40,296 nucleotides of DNA from an uncultured Bacilli bacterium (GTDB lineage: Bacteria; Bacillota_I; Bacilli_A; RF39; UBA660), in NCBI GenBank assembly GCA_944363685.1, contig CALVUV010000001.1:1-40296 (forward strand), written 5' to 3'. This document shows positions 28,524 through 37,707 of the stretch, piece by piece. The notes under the pieces are model-generated. The model was not told where the DNA came from. It worked only from the letters and a program-made list of their open reading frames with translations, and did no database searches. How positions within the stretch are numbered: position 1 is the stretch's first letter; each line of letters opens with the position of its first letter. Both the position numbers and the translations under genes were made by a program.

Positions 28524-29779
28524 CTTATAACAAAGGATACACCTTTTTTCTCGTTTTTAACTTTAATATCATAGTTCATTAGTAATAAGGTTTTCTTGAC
28601 TATCGAAAGCCCTAATCCAAATTCACCCTTAATACCTTTTCGGAACGGAGTAAAGATTCCTTCAAGGAGAGTATCTTCTATATTAGGACCATCATTATAT
28701 AAGGTTAAACGGTTATTTTTAATAGTTATTTTAATTGTAGAGTCTGCATATCGCATAAAGTTAGTAAGAATATTATCTATAACAGTTTCGAAGTAATCAT
28801 AAGTACCATAAAATTTACTAAATTTATCATAACTTACAATAAATTTAACATCTTTTCTTCTAAACTTAAATTCTTTAATCGCAGTATCAATAATTTTCTT
28901 AACATCTACTAACTCATACACTACATTTTTATTTTCTTTTAAATAATCTAATTTATTCAAATAAAGAAGTGAATGAACTTTTAATTCTAATTTTTCAGTT
29001 TGATCACTAATAACATCTATTACAGTATTAGCATCTTCTATTTTATCATTATAAGCTTCTATATATGATTTTATTACGGTGAGAGGTGTTTTAAAATCAT
29101 GTGAAATATTTTGATACATTTGATTGCGATACTCTTCTTGGTTCTTTAAAGAGACTCGCATATCTTCAATAGCCAATTCTAATGAACGCATTTCATCGTC
29201 AATTTGAAATGATATACTATGATCATATTGATCATTATCAATGTTGTCTATTTTTTCTTTTAACTTTTCTATTTTTCTAACTATAAAGCTTCCCCAAAGT
29301 ATAAGGATGAAAGCTATTACTAGAAAAGCTACTATTACTACAGGGAAGACAGCGTCTAATATATCTTGTTTAGTCTTTTCAATATAAGTATCATTGGTAA
29401 GAGCTATTTTAGTAACATCATCATTATGGAGTGTATAATAATAATAAATTTGATTTTTATATATAAATTTTCCGTAATTATCGGTAAAAGCATTCATGAT
29501 TTCACTAACATCTTTAAAGTCAATAATATCATGAATATTATCTGAATAAGCGACTGTATTATCTATTTCATATAGGTAAGCAATTTCGGTAGTAATTAAA
29601 TCAGTATCAATATCTGATTGAACAAATTCAAGAGGTTCTCTTAAATAACTATATATATTACGTTCAGCAGATGGAATAATAACTTGTGGTAATATAATAG
29701 ATAAGGTTAAAAAGAAAGCTAGAAAAACTACTATTATTAATATTAATAATTGATGAGATAATTTATTAAATATTTTCAT
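28505..29779 (-). CDS. sensor histidine kinase (two TM helices, HAMP-like linker, HisKA, HATPase)
   Basis: H-box ISHDFKTPLT, N-box NILTNFMRYA, G-box GLGLSIVK. A 4-bp ATGA overlap with the response regulator gene. Confidence 0.9.
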   Translation of the reverse strand: MKIFNKLSHQLLILIIVVFLAFFLTLSIILPQVIIPSAERNIYSYLREPLEFVQSDIDTDLITTEIAYLYEIDNTVAYSDNIHDIIDFKDVSEIMNAFTDNYGKFIYKNQIYYYYTLHNDDVTKIALTNDTYIEKTKQDILDAVFPVVIVAFLVIAFILILWGSFIVRKIEKLKEKIDNIDNDQYDHSISFQIDDEMRSLELAIEDMRVSLKNQEEYRNQMYQNISHDFKTPLTVIKSYIEAYNDKIEDANTVIDVISDQTEKLELKVHSLLYLNKLDYLKENKNVVYELVDVKKIIDTAIKEFKFRRKDVKFIVSYDKFSKFYGTYDYFETVIDNILTNFMRYADSTIKITIKNNRLTLYNDGPNIEDTLLEGIFTPFRKGIKGEFGLGLSIVKKTLLLMNYDIKVKNEKKGVSFVISKKTSK

Positions 29780-30438
29780 GCACTCAATCTATATCCATAT
29801 CCATAAATAGTATTAACATTAAGTAAAGGCATTTTCTTTCTAAGTCTTCTAACTAAATCATCAACCGCTCTATCACTACCAAAGTAATCAGTTCCCCATA
29901 TAGCATTAAGAATATCATCTCTTGAAAAGCTTTTATTTATATTTTGAATTAATAACACAAGTAAATCAAATTCTAAAGTAGTAAGTTTAATATCTTTATT
30001 TTTTATATTCACAGTTCTTTTATCTAAGTCTATAGTATAGTCTAAGTATTGTAAGGTTTTAGTTTCATTACTTTGATATACTCGTTTTATAATATTATTA
30101 ACTCTTAGAACAAGTTCTTTACTAGAATAAGGTTTAGTAATGTAATCATCGCTACCTAACTCAAGGCCTAAAATTCGATCCAAATCCTGATCTCTTGCCG
30201 ATGTAAATATTACAGGCACAAGTGGATATTTTTCACGAATTGCTTTGATTACATCATAGCCATTAACATCATCTCCTAACATAATATCTAGAATCCAGAC
30301 ATCAACATTATTACCAATATAATTAATAGCATCAGCGCCTTTAGTAAAGGTAACAACATCATATCCAGCCTTTTCTAAATACATTTTAACTACAGCCAAC
30401 AAATCAGTTTCATCTTCAACTAAACAAATTTTATACAT
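29776..30438 (-). CDS. OmpR/PhoB-family response regulator
   Basis: The receiver domain has the DVWILDIML phospho-acceptor region and a conserved K in ITKPY. The winged-helix C-terminus ends in IYGYGYRL. Confidence 0.9.
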   Translation of the reverse strand: MYKICLVEDETDLLAVVKMYLEKAGYDVVTFTKGADAINYIGNNVDVWILDIMLGDDVNGYDVIKAIREKYPLVPVIFTSARDQDLDRILGLELGSDDYITKPYSSKELVLRVNNIIKRVYQSNETKTLQYLDYTIDLDKRTVNIKNKDIKLTTLEFDLLVLLIQNINKSFSRDDILNAIWGTDYFGSDRAVDDLVRRLRKKMPLLNVNTIYGYGYRLSA

Positions 30439-30633
30439 AATACCACCTACCCCTAGTATATCATTTTATAAAGGTTTTGCCTATATAATTCTCAGGCTAT
30501 CACTCTCCCTTCTTTTATTATTTATGTAAAAAAACTATAGTTGTAAACGTAATTTAAACATCTCTACTACATTTACCACTTCCTTTCTTTTACACATCCA
30601 TCATACCAATCAAAAGTGTATAAAATATAAAAG

Positions 30634-30656
30634 AATTATGGGAAATTATGGGAAAT
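30634..30656. repeat. tandem 10-bp repeat AATTATGGGA x2 plus a partial third copy
   Basis: 30634-30643 and 30644-30653 are identical, followed by AAT. The repeat lies about 200 bp upstream of the response regulator start codon. Confidence 0.7.
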
Positions 30657-31039
30657 GAAAAGAATATCTAATAATAGACATTCTTAAAGTTTAATATAGG
30701 GATAGTCCAAGAACTTTATTATAAGTCCTAAAACATATATATTATATATTTAGGATAATCCTAGGAATTAAACTTGTTTCCGTTCAAAACTTCCTCTATT
30801 TGTAAGCTTTACCAACAAAGTACGGTGACACTAGATTAATTTCTAGCCTTAGTAGGAATCTGGACAAAGACCGTTATTATCGTTATTCACATTGTTGTTG
30901 TTCAAATTCTCAAACTCATTCCATACATTTGCATTACCATTATTGAAAGTGGTCGGCAAAACAACTAATCAAAAAGAACAAGGCGTCACTTACAGTTTAA
31001 TCATCCAAGGCAAATGAAGAGTTATTTGCCTTATTCTTT

Positions 31040-32728
31040 CTAAGAAATTATATAGGGATTTGAGGCAGTTCCATCACCTGAGGTAAATCCGTTATCAGTA
31101 GTCACATTGATAACTGGACGCACGGCGTAGTTATTATCTACACGGCCGTTATTAATAGAACTATGCTCATACCAAACATAAGCAGAACCACCATCAAAGA
31201 AATTGGCCGGCGACATACTCCAATACCACATATTAGATGAACCTGGATTTAAATAACTATCTGTTTCGACTCCTGGATTTTCTCCTGCAAACACTAATTC
31301 ATCTGCTGTTATTAATCCTGCTTTTAGTCTATATGAACCTCCATAACTCTCTGTTGTACTTGGACATTTTAAACTTGGACTATTTTCTTTTTGATATCCT
31401 GTTGCTGATTGCCCTAATCTATCAAAACTTGCAAATACATTCATACCATCCATACCACTAAATCCATATTCACTTGCTGGCTTATATCCACTACTATCAC
31501 TACAAAATCTTCCTCCAACTACTTTACTATCATATACAGTATTTCCTAATGCATTCTTATACCACGTATCTACTTCTTTCTTTATAAAACTATTCACGCC
31601 ATTATCATAAGTATAACCTGCATATTTTGGATTATTTCTCTCTAAATTATAAGGTGTTCGTCCTATTACATAAGAATGTGCTAAATCACTATTATTTGGA
31701 GTTGCACTTGTTCCATTATAGATTAATCTTAATGAACCATCTCCATTTACTCGCACTATTCTCCAGTACATCTTATCTCCTGCTGATGCTAACTTTACTT
31801 GTGTACAATTACCTACATTCTCAGGATAAGCATTTTCACAACTTTCCAAACTTTGATAACCATTTCCATACACATAATAATCACTTTCATATTCCCCAAA
31901 CTGTACATAGTTATTATTTACATTTCCTCTAAAATAATAACTTGTTCCATCTTCATCTTCTGCACTGTATAAACCATTTGTTACATATTCTGGATTATTT
32001 TGTGGACCAGAACTCATATCAAGATATCCACCATTACTAGCATAATTAAACATTTCTTCTTTTTCTTCTTGTAACTCATTATCTGCTAGTACCTTCTCTG
32101 TTGTTTCAGGTACATACTTATCTCCTGCTTTTCCATAGACATTTATCTTTACTGTGAATGTTAATCCTCCTCCATCTCCTTGAGGATTATATGATTCATC
32201 TACATACATTCTAAGTCTATAATCATTATCTTCACTACTATTCATACTACTTGTATATAAACTCATCTCATTAGATGGTCTTCCTGTATAATTATTGGCA
32301 CTAGTCTCTTCACTATATGTCTCTGGTACCATTAAGGCTTCTTCACTACCATCTGAGTTTATCTTTGTTAAATATAACTTTATATAATCTCCACTTATAG
32401 TATTTCCATCTTCTTTTTTGGCACTTATCTCATAATTTATATTGGTACTACCTGTTATGGTACTACTTATATTAAAATCAAAATACTCTCCTGGAGTTAA
32501 TCTTACTGTTCCTGTCTTATCTGTTGTTGGTAATGCTCCTGTTAAAGAAATAGTATTATCAGTTTCTTCATAACTCATAGTAATTGCACCACTTGTTATA
32601 GAGTTTTCTACTTCTCCTATTCCACCATATCTAAAAGCTGCATAACTTGTTCCTACTATTATTACTATCATTAATAATATTAATACTCCTATTACTATTA
32701 TCTCTTTTCTTTTATTTTTCTCTTTCAT
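31040..32728 (-). CDS. secreted hypothetical protein with an N-terminal TM/signal ending in SYAAF
   Basis: The ATG at 32728 follows AGGGTGA (the track ORF starts at a GTG at 32737). The N-terminus is KRKEIIVIGVLILLMIVIIVGTSYAAF. The body is G/S/N/Y-rich and the C-terminus reads YAVRPVINV. Confidence 0.65.
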   Translation of the reverse strand: MKEKNKRKEIIVIGVLILLMIVIIVGTSYAAFRYGGIGEVENSITSGAITMSYEETDNTISLTGALPTTDKTGTVRLTPGEYFDFNISSTITGSTNINYEISAKKEDGNTISGDYIKLYLTKINSDGSEEALMVPETYSEETSANNYTGRPSNEMSLYTSSMNSSEDNDYRLRMYVDESYNPQGDGGGLTFTVKINVYGKAGDKYVPETTEKVLADNELQEEKEEMFNYASNGGYLDMSSGPQNNPEYVTNGLYSAEDEDGTSYYFRGNVNNNYVQFGEYESDYYVYGNGYQSLESCENAYPENVGNCTQVKLASAGDKMYWRIVRVNGDGSLRLIYNGTSATPNNSDLAHSYVIGRTPYNLERNNPKYAGYTYDNGVNSFIKKEVDTWYKNALGNTVYDSKVVGGRFCSDSSGYKPASEYGFSGMDGMNVFASFDRLGQSATGYQKENSPSLKCPSTTESYGGSYRLKAGLITADELVFAGENPGVETDSYLNPGSSNMWYWSMSPANFFDGGSAYVWYEHSSINNGRVDNNYAVRPVINVTTDNGFTSGDGTASNPYIIS

Positions 32729-32893
32729 ACTATTCACCCTTTACTACTTAATATATCCAAGATATTTATCTTAATACTATTCTTATCTATTAAAATTATA
32801 TATCAAATAATAAGGGTAATGCAAGTATCTTATTTGCATTTTGTTGTTCATATCTGTAAAATTAAGTTATAATAATTATGAAAGGAAAAGTTT

Positions 32894-33475
32894 ATGAAAA
32901 GTATTATATCTAAAGAAATATATGAAGTAACTATGAAAAATTCTAAATTTATAGGTGTTATTATTCCTATAGAATCTATTAATGATGTTAAAGATAATTT
33001 AAATATAATAAAAGATGAGTATAAAAATGCTACTCATTACTGTTATGCTTTTAAATTAATTAATGATAAAGGCTTTAGTGATGATAGAGAACCTAATAAA
33101 ACAGCAGGTATACCTATATTAAATGTAATAGAAGGTAATGATTTAGTTAATGTTTTAGTAGTAGTTATAAGATACTTTGGTGGTATTAAATTAGGCCCAG
33201 GAGGACTTATTAGAGCCTATTCTAATACTACTAAAGAAGTTATTAATAAAAGTACTTTAGTAGATTTAATCAATGGTTTCTATGTTTCTATTACTTTTCC
33301 TTATTCTTTAGAAAAAGAAATTAATTATATATTAAGAAATAGTATTATTAAAGATAAAATATATAAAGAAGAATGTACTTATATAATAGAAATAACTAAA
33401 GATATATTAGATAATCTTAAACCTTTAGTAACTATTAATAATATAGAAGAAAAAATAATTCCTAAACTTAACTAG
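32894..33475 (+). CDS. YigZ/IMPACT-family protein (UPF0029)
   Basis: ATHYCYAF..DDREPNKTAGIPIL..VVVIRYFGGIKLGPGGLIRAY matches the family signature. Confidence 0.8.
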   Translation: MKSIISKEIYEVTMKNSKFIGVIIPIESINDVKDNLNIIKDEYKNATHYCYAFKLINDKGFSDDREPNKTAGIPILNVIEGNDLVNVLVVVIRYFGGIKLGPGGLIRAYSNTTKEVINKSTLVDLINGFYVSITFPYSLEKEINYILRNSIIKDKIYKEECTYIIEITKDILDNLKPLVTINNIEEKIIPKLN

Positions 33476-34818
33476 GAATTATTTTTAATTATATTTATAT
33501 TATTACTACTACTCTTAATAGTAACTTTATAATTATTTAATTTATCATAATTATAGACTTTATTATCTTTAAAATCATCACTTATCCCATCTAATACTTT
33601 ATTAAAACTAATTTCTTTAGGACTATCCTCATATATAGCTAAATTATTATCATGAAGTTCTACTTCTATATTTCTATCTATTAAATAATCATAATAAGTA
33701 ACTGTTACTTCTATCTTTTCAGTTAAACTATCATCTATAACATATTCTATATCACTATAATAATTATCATATATAGTTAACTCACTATTCATATCAATAG
33801 TCTCTTTAATCTCTTTAGTTTTAGCATCATTAGGTAAACTATCTACATAGGTAATAGAAAAGAAATGATAAGCAAAGATAATAGATCCAACAATAATTAA
33901 AATAAGTGATATAAGTAAAGTAATCATAATCCTTTTATAATTATTCTTATGATTAATAACAAAGTTTAAAGGTACTTCAAAACATATTGCACTTATTATT
34001 AAGCATGCTACTACCCATAAAAGAACACCTAATAAAGGAAAACCTTTTATAACAAATAATACTAGAAAACCTATCATAACTGCAAATACTACAATACATA
34101 TTATTGGACATATTAAAAAACATACTACAAAGAATTTAATAATATAAATTATTATCTTAGCAAGCATCCTTGATAAAGAATTAGTATTATTATCTTTAAT
34201 AATTATCTTTTCTACTTCCTCTACTCTTTTCTCTTTTTCCTTAACAACAATCTCTTTATCTACATCTTCCTTTATCTTAATTCTATCTAAGTATTTAATT
34301 TTTAATACATAGATAAACATAACTATAGAAAATACACTATATAATATATCTACTATTAACCTAAAAATATTATTTAAAGTAGGTCCTACATAAGTAATAT
34401 CATATAAAAGTCCATTACCTATTAAACTTTCTATTAATTCTTTAGGAATAGTACCTATTAATATAATTAATATTAAAATAAATATTGTTACTAAAAACTC
34501 TATTATTTCTTTAAAACTCATACTTTCAAATAAACAAACTATTTTCTTCATTAAAGTATTAAACTTATCTAATAAATCTTTAGTATTAATAGAACTCTCT
34601 TTATCTACTTTTTCTATATCTACATCTCCATTTACTAAAGTATCCATATCTACATTAAAAATCTTACATATAGATATTAACTTATCCATCTCAGGATAAC
34701 TCGCTCCACTTTCCCATTTAGAAACAGATTGTCTAGTAACTTTTAACTTTTCAGCTAGAGCTTCCTGACTCATATTTTCTCTTTTTCTTAACTTTTGCAA
34801 ATTACTAGCAAAATTCAT
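33472..34818 (-). CDS. XRE-family HTH domain fused to a multi-pass membrane domain
   Basis: LRKRENMSQEALAEKLKVTRQSVSKWESG is an HTH_3 motif. It is followed by at least five hydrophobic helices and an extracytoplasmic C-domain. The ATG at 34818 follows GAGGTGA. Confidence 0.75.
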   Translation of the reverse strand: MNFASNLQKLRKRENMSQEALAEKLKVTRQSVSKWESGASYPEMDKLISICKIFNVDMDTLVNGDVDIEKVDKESSINTKDLLDKFNTLMKKIVCLFESMSFKEIIEFLVTIFILILIILIGTIPKELIESLIGNGLLYDITYVGPTLNNIFRLIVDILYSVFSIVMFIYVLKIKYLDRIKIKEDVDKEIVVKEKEKRVEEVEKIIIKDNNTNSLSRMLAKIIIYIIKFFVVCFLICPIICIVVFAVMIGFLVLFVIKGFPLLGVLLWVVACLIISAICFEVPLNFVINHKNNYKRIMITLLISLILIIVGSIIFAYHFFSITYVDSLPNDAKTKEIKETIDMNSELTIYDNYYSDIEYVIDDSLTEKIEVTVTYYDYLIDRNIEVELHDNNLAIYEDSPKEISFNKVLDGISDDFKDNKVYNYDKLNNYKVTIKSSSNNINIIKNNS

Positions 34819-34868
34819 ATTTCTCACCTCTGTTTAGAATTTATCAAAAAACTCGGTTGCGTCCCACC

Positions 34869-34900
34869 AATTTTTAGTTAATTTATGTAAATTTTTAGTT
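34869..34900. repeat. two 11-bp direct repeats AATTTTTAGTT, 21 bp apart centre to centre, upstream of the XRE gene
   Basis: 34869-34879 and 34890-34900 are identical, upstream of a TGATAAATT extended -10-like element on the minus strand. Confidence 0.6.
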
Positions 34901-34907
34901 GCTCCCA

Positions 34908-34932
34908 AGAAAAAAGACTAGTTTTCTAGTCT
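34908..34932 (-). terminator. rho-independent terminator of trxA (overlaps the stop codon)
   Basis: On the minus strand, AGACTAG-AAAA-CTAGTCT is followed by TTTTTT. Confidence 0.6.
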
Positions 34933-35231
34933 CTGGGTAACCAAGATACAATACTATCTAAATCATGATAACCAACTTCTTTTTTTACTAAAGTTCCATT
35001 TCTATATACTTCCATAGTAGGTACACTCATAATACCATGAGCTCTTGTTAAACTATCGAACTTGTCTATATCTACTTTAACTACTTTTATTCTAGGAAAT
35101 TTCTCAGCAACTTCATCAAGTACTGGACTTAACATTTTACAAGGTCCACACCAAGTAGCAAAGAAATCTACTATTACATCTCCTTCTTTAATTAAATTTT
35201 CAAAATCATCACTATTTTCTAAATAAATCAT
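34926..35231 (-). CDS. trxA: thioredoxin
   Basis: WCGPC active site within FFATWCGPCKMLSP. 101 aa. Confidence 0.95.
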   Translation of the reverse strand: MIYLENSDDFENLIKEGDVIVDFFATWCGPCKMLSPVLDEVAEKFPRIKVVKVDIDKFDSLTRAHGIMSVPTMEVYRNGTLVKKEVGYHDLDSIVSWLPRD

Positions 35232-35233
35232 AA

Positions 35234-35947
35234 CTATCCCTCCCTATATTGATTAATAACATTATCAAGACCACTAATACTATCTAACTTACCAGTCTCT
35301 TTAACATTATCCATAAACTCTGTACTTACAACATTATATTTTAACATAATATCTATTACCTTTAAATCATTAGTATTTCTATCATCATTACTAGATAAAC
35401 TAAGTACATCATCAATTGCATAATTCAATCCACCTAAACAATCTTTAAGTACTGGAGTATCATTAACAATAAACCTTCTAACTCCTGATGACATAAATAA
35501 CTCACTACCACTCATAGGTATTGCAATAACATTTAAAATAATAAACATTAAGATATAACCTTCCAAAATACCTACAGCAAATCCTAATAATTTATTAGGT
35601 AAAGCAAGAATAATTGTAGCATTAATAATTTTACTAAATATACCAGTAACATCTATTAATATTTGTAATACTAATCTAAGTACAATAACTATTAATAGAA
35701 ATGCTATTAATTGATAAAAAATAATATTTAAACTAACTAAATTACCTAAAGGTATTTTAAAATTAAAGAATGGTAAATAAGTACAAAAGAAACTTGCTAT
35801 TGGATCTTTTAAGAAGAAAGCAATTGCAAAGACAACAATAGTACCTACAATTACCACTAATTCTTTTAATATTCCCCTTCTACTTCCTAAAACTCCACAT
35901 AGTAGTATTAATAAAACAATAACTACACTAAATATATTAGGACTCAT
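35234..35947 (-). CDS. cvpA: CvpA-family membrane protein
   Basis: N-terminal multi-TM CvpA pattern (VVIVLLILLCGVLGSRRGILKE), located just upstream of trxA. Confidence 0.7.
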   Translation of the reverse strand: MSPNIFSVVIVLLILLCGVLGSRRGILKELVVIVGTIVVFAIAFFLKDPIASFFCTYLPFFNFKIPLGNLVSLNIIFYQLIAFLLIVIVLRLVLQILIDVTGIFSKIINATIILALPNKLLGFAVGILEGYILMFIILNVIAIPMSGSELFMSSGVRRFIVNDTPVLKDCLGGLNYAIDDVLSLSSNDDRNTNDLKVIDIMLKYNVVSTEFMDNVKETGKLDSISGLDNVINQYREG

Positions 35948-36022
35948 AATATCACACTCCTTATATTTATTATAACCTAAAAATATAAACTATGCTATAA
36001 TATTTTAAAAGAGGTGTAAAGT

Positions 36023-36934
36023 ATGAATGTTGTTATTAAAGTAAATAATGAAGTTAAAGAAAAAATGATTGAGTATTATAAGGATAAAAAACGTGATAAA
36101 GAGATTCCTTATACAGTATTTCAAGCGAAAGATGAAGATACTGTTATTACTATGTATGAATCTGGTAAAGTTATGTTCCAAGGCCCATCAGCAGATGTAG
36201 ATGCAGCGATGTGGGGAACTTTTCTATCAAACACTAAAGAAGAAAAAGAGAAAGAAAAAGAAAGAGATTTAAAATATCATAACGCATCATCTGTTGGTAG
36301 TGATGAAGTAGGAACAGGAGATTATTTTGGTCCTATAGTTGTAACTGCAACTTATGTAAGTAAAGATAATATAAAATATTTAGAAGATTTAGGAATAAGA
36401 GATTCTAAAAAACTAACAGATGACTTTATCTTAAAAGTAACGCCAGAACTTATTAAAAAAATTCCTTATAGATCTATTATCTTAACTAATAAAGAGTATA
36501 ATGAAAAGTATAGTAAAGATTTAAATATGAATAAAATAAAAGCTATTATGCATAACAAAGTACTATATCAAATAATGCAAGAATTAAAACCAGAAGTTGA
36601 TTATATTATTGTTGATGAATTTGCAAAAGAAACTAGATACTACGATTATATTAAAGATGTTCCTAATATTCAAAGAGGTATTACTTTCGTACAAAAAGCA
36701 GAAGATAAGAATCTAGCAGTAGGAGCAGCATCTATTATTAGTAGATATATATTCTTAAAAGAGTTTGATAAGTTATGTGATGAAGTAGGATTACCACTTC
36801 CAAAAGGAGCAGGAAGTGAAGTTGATAAAATTGGGGAAGAATTAGTTAATAAGTATGGCGAAGAAAAGTTAAAAGAGGTAGCAAAGTATAATTTTAGAAA
36901 TACGGGGAGAATATTAAAGACACTTATTTTTTAA
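36023..36934 (+). CDS. rnhC: ribonuclease HIII
   Basis: An N-terminal TBP-like domain followed by the RNase H2-fold motif GSDEVGTGDYFGP. Confidence 0.9.
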   Translation: MNVVIKVNNEVKEKMIEYYKDKKRDKEIPYTVFQAKDEDTVITMYESGKVMFQGPSADVDAAMWGTFLSNTKEEKEKEKERDLKYHNASSVGSDEVGTGDYFGPIVVTATYVSKDNIKYLEDLGIRDSKKLTDDFILKVTPELIKKIPYRSIILTNKEYNEKYSKDLNMNKIKAIMHNKVLYQIMQELKPEVDYIIVDEFAKETRYYDYIKDVPNIQRGITFVQKAEDKNLAVGAASIISRYIFLKEFDKLCDEVGLPLPKGAGSEVDKIGEELVNKYGEEKLKEVAKYNFRNTGRILKTLIF

Positions 36935-36939
36935 ATAAT

Positions 36940-36970
36940 AAAACACATAGATTGATTCTATGTGTTATTT
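36940..36970. terminator. bidirectional terminator between rnhC and the Fic-family gene
   Basis: Stem AACACATAG / CTATGTGTT, flanked by an A-run and a T-run. It overlaps the stop codon of the minus-strand gene. Confidence 0.6.
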
Positions 36971-37620
36971 AATTCTAAACCGAATATACACTTATCAAAT
37001 AGAAAAGAAATTATCTTATCTTTATTACCAGTATTATAATATTCTGTTAATAATTTATTAAATTCATTGATATCATCTTCTTTAATAGAAATAATACCAC
37101 AACCATTACTTATAAGAAGTTTGTTAGCAACTATCATAGCAGTTCTTTTATTACCATCCCAGAATAATTGACTTCTCATTAAATAGAGCATAAGATTTAA
37201 ACTTCTTTTAGTAATATTCTCTTCCTTTAAAATCTCATTTATATTTGTAATTACATCATCTTTCTCTGGAATATCAGGAATATAATCTACTCCATTTATA
37301 CCAACTTTACCTGTTCTTAAAACACCCCATTCTAAAGATTCATTTCTTGATACAAACGAATTAACTTTACATATAAAATCAAGAGTAATATCAGCATCTA
37401 TATTAGAAAGAGCGAAATTCCAAGCATCCCTCAAATTTAAAATACAATTTATTTCATCTAATCTTAAACTAGGTACATTTACTCCTTCTAAAATAGTTTT
37501 AGTATCAGGATAAGTGGTATTAATACCTTCAAGCCTTGCACTATTATAAATATTAGATACTAACACTTTTTTTGCTAAGAATAAATTCTGTTTTTTTGTC
37601 AAATGATATTTATCTTGCAT
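36958..37620 (-). CDS. Fic/Doc-family protein with a non-canonical active-site motif (QLFWDGNKRTA)
   Basis: FWDGNKRTA aligns with the Fic/Doc core HxFx(D/E)(G/A)N(G/K)R, but Gln replaces the His. The N-terminal SARLEG fits the (S/T)xxxE(G/N) inhibitory-helix motif. Confidence 0.65.
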   Translation of the reverse strand: MQDKYHLTKKQNLFLAKKVLVSNIYNSARLEGINTTYPDTKTILEGVNVPSLRLDEINCILNLRDAWNFALSNIDADITLDFICKVNSFVSRNESLEWGVLRTGKVGINGVDYIPDIPEKDDVITNINEILKEENITKRSLNLMLYLMRSQLFWDGNKRTAMIVANKLLISNGCGIISIKEDDINEFNKLLTEYYNTGNKDKIISFLFDKCIFGLELNNT

Positions 37621-37707
37621 AAGCTAGTCACCTCTCCTTTATTTAATTATACTATAAGTATCTTTAAATTAAAAGGCAAATAAAAACATCAAATGATATC
37701 TTTATCA

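Noticed and set aside
28505-30438. The two-component system, considered as a defence-type (Detocs-like) phosphorelay.
   Set aside because: It has the ordinary membrane HisKA/HATPase kinase plus OmpR-type DNA-binding regulator architecture, with a 4-bp overlap. There is no buffer protein and no effector-domain response regulator.
30849-30959. Possible 36-aa minus-strand peptide (TTG start, ..NGNANVWNEFENLNNNNVNNDNNGLCPDSY) next to the two-component system. It was considered as a signalling or bacteriocin-like peptide.
   Set aside because: It has no ATG, no SD and no recognisable leader (double-glycine or signal peptide). An in-frame TGA lies three codons upstream of the TTG. It could equally be a decayed gene fragment. 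It is covered only under the intergenic-region finding.
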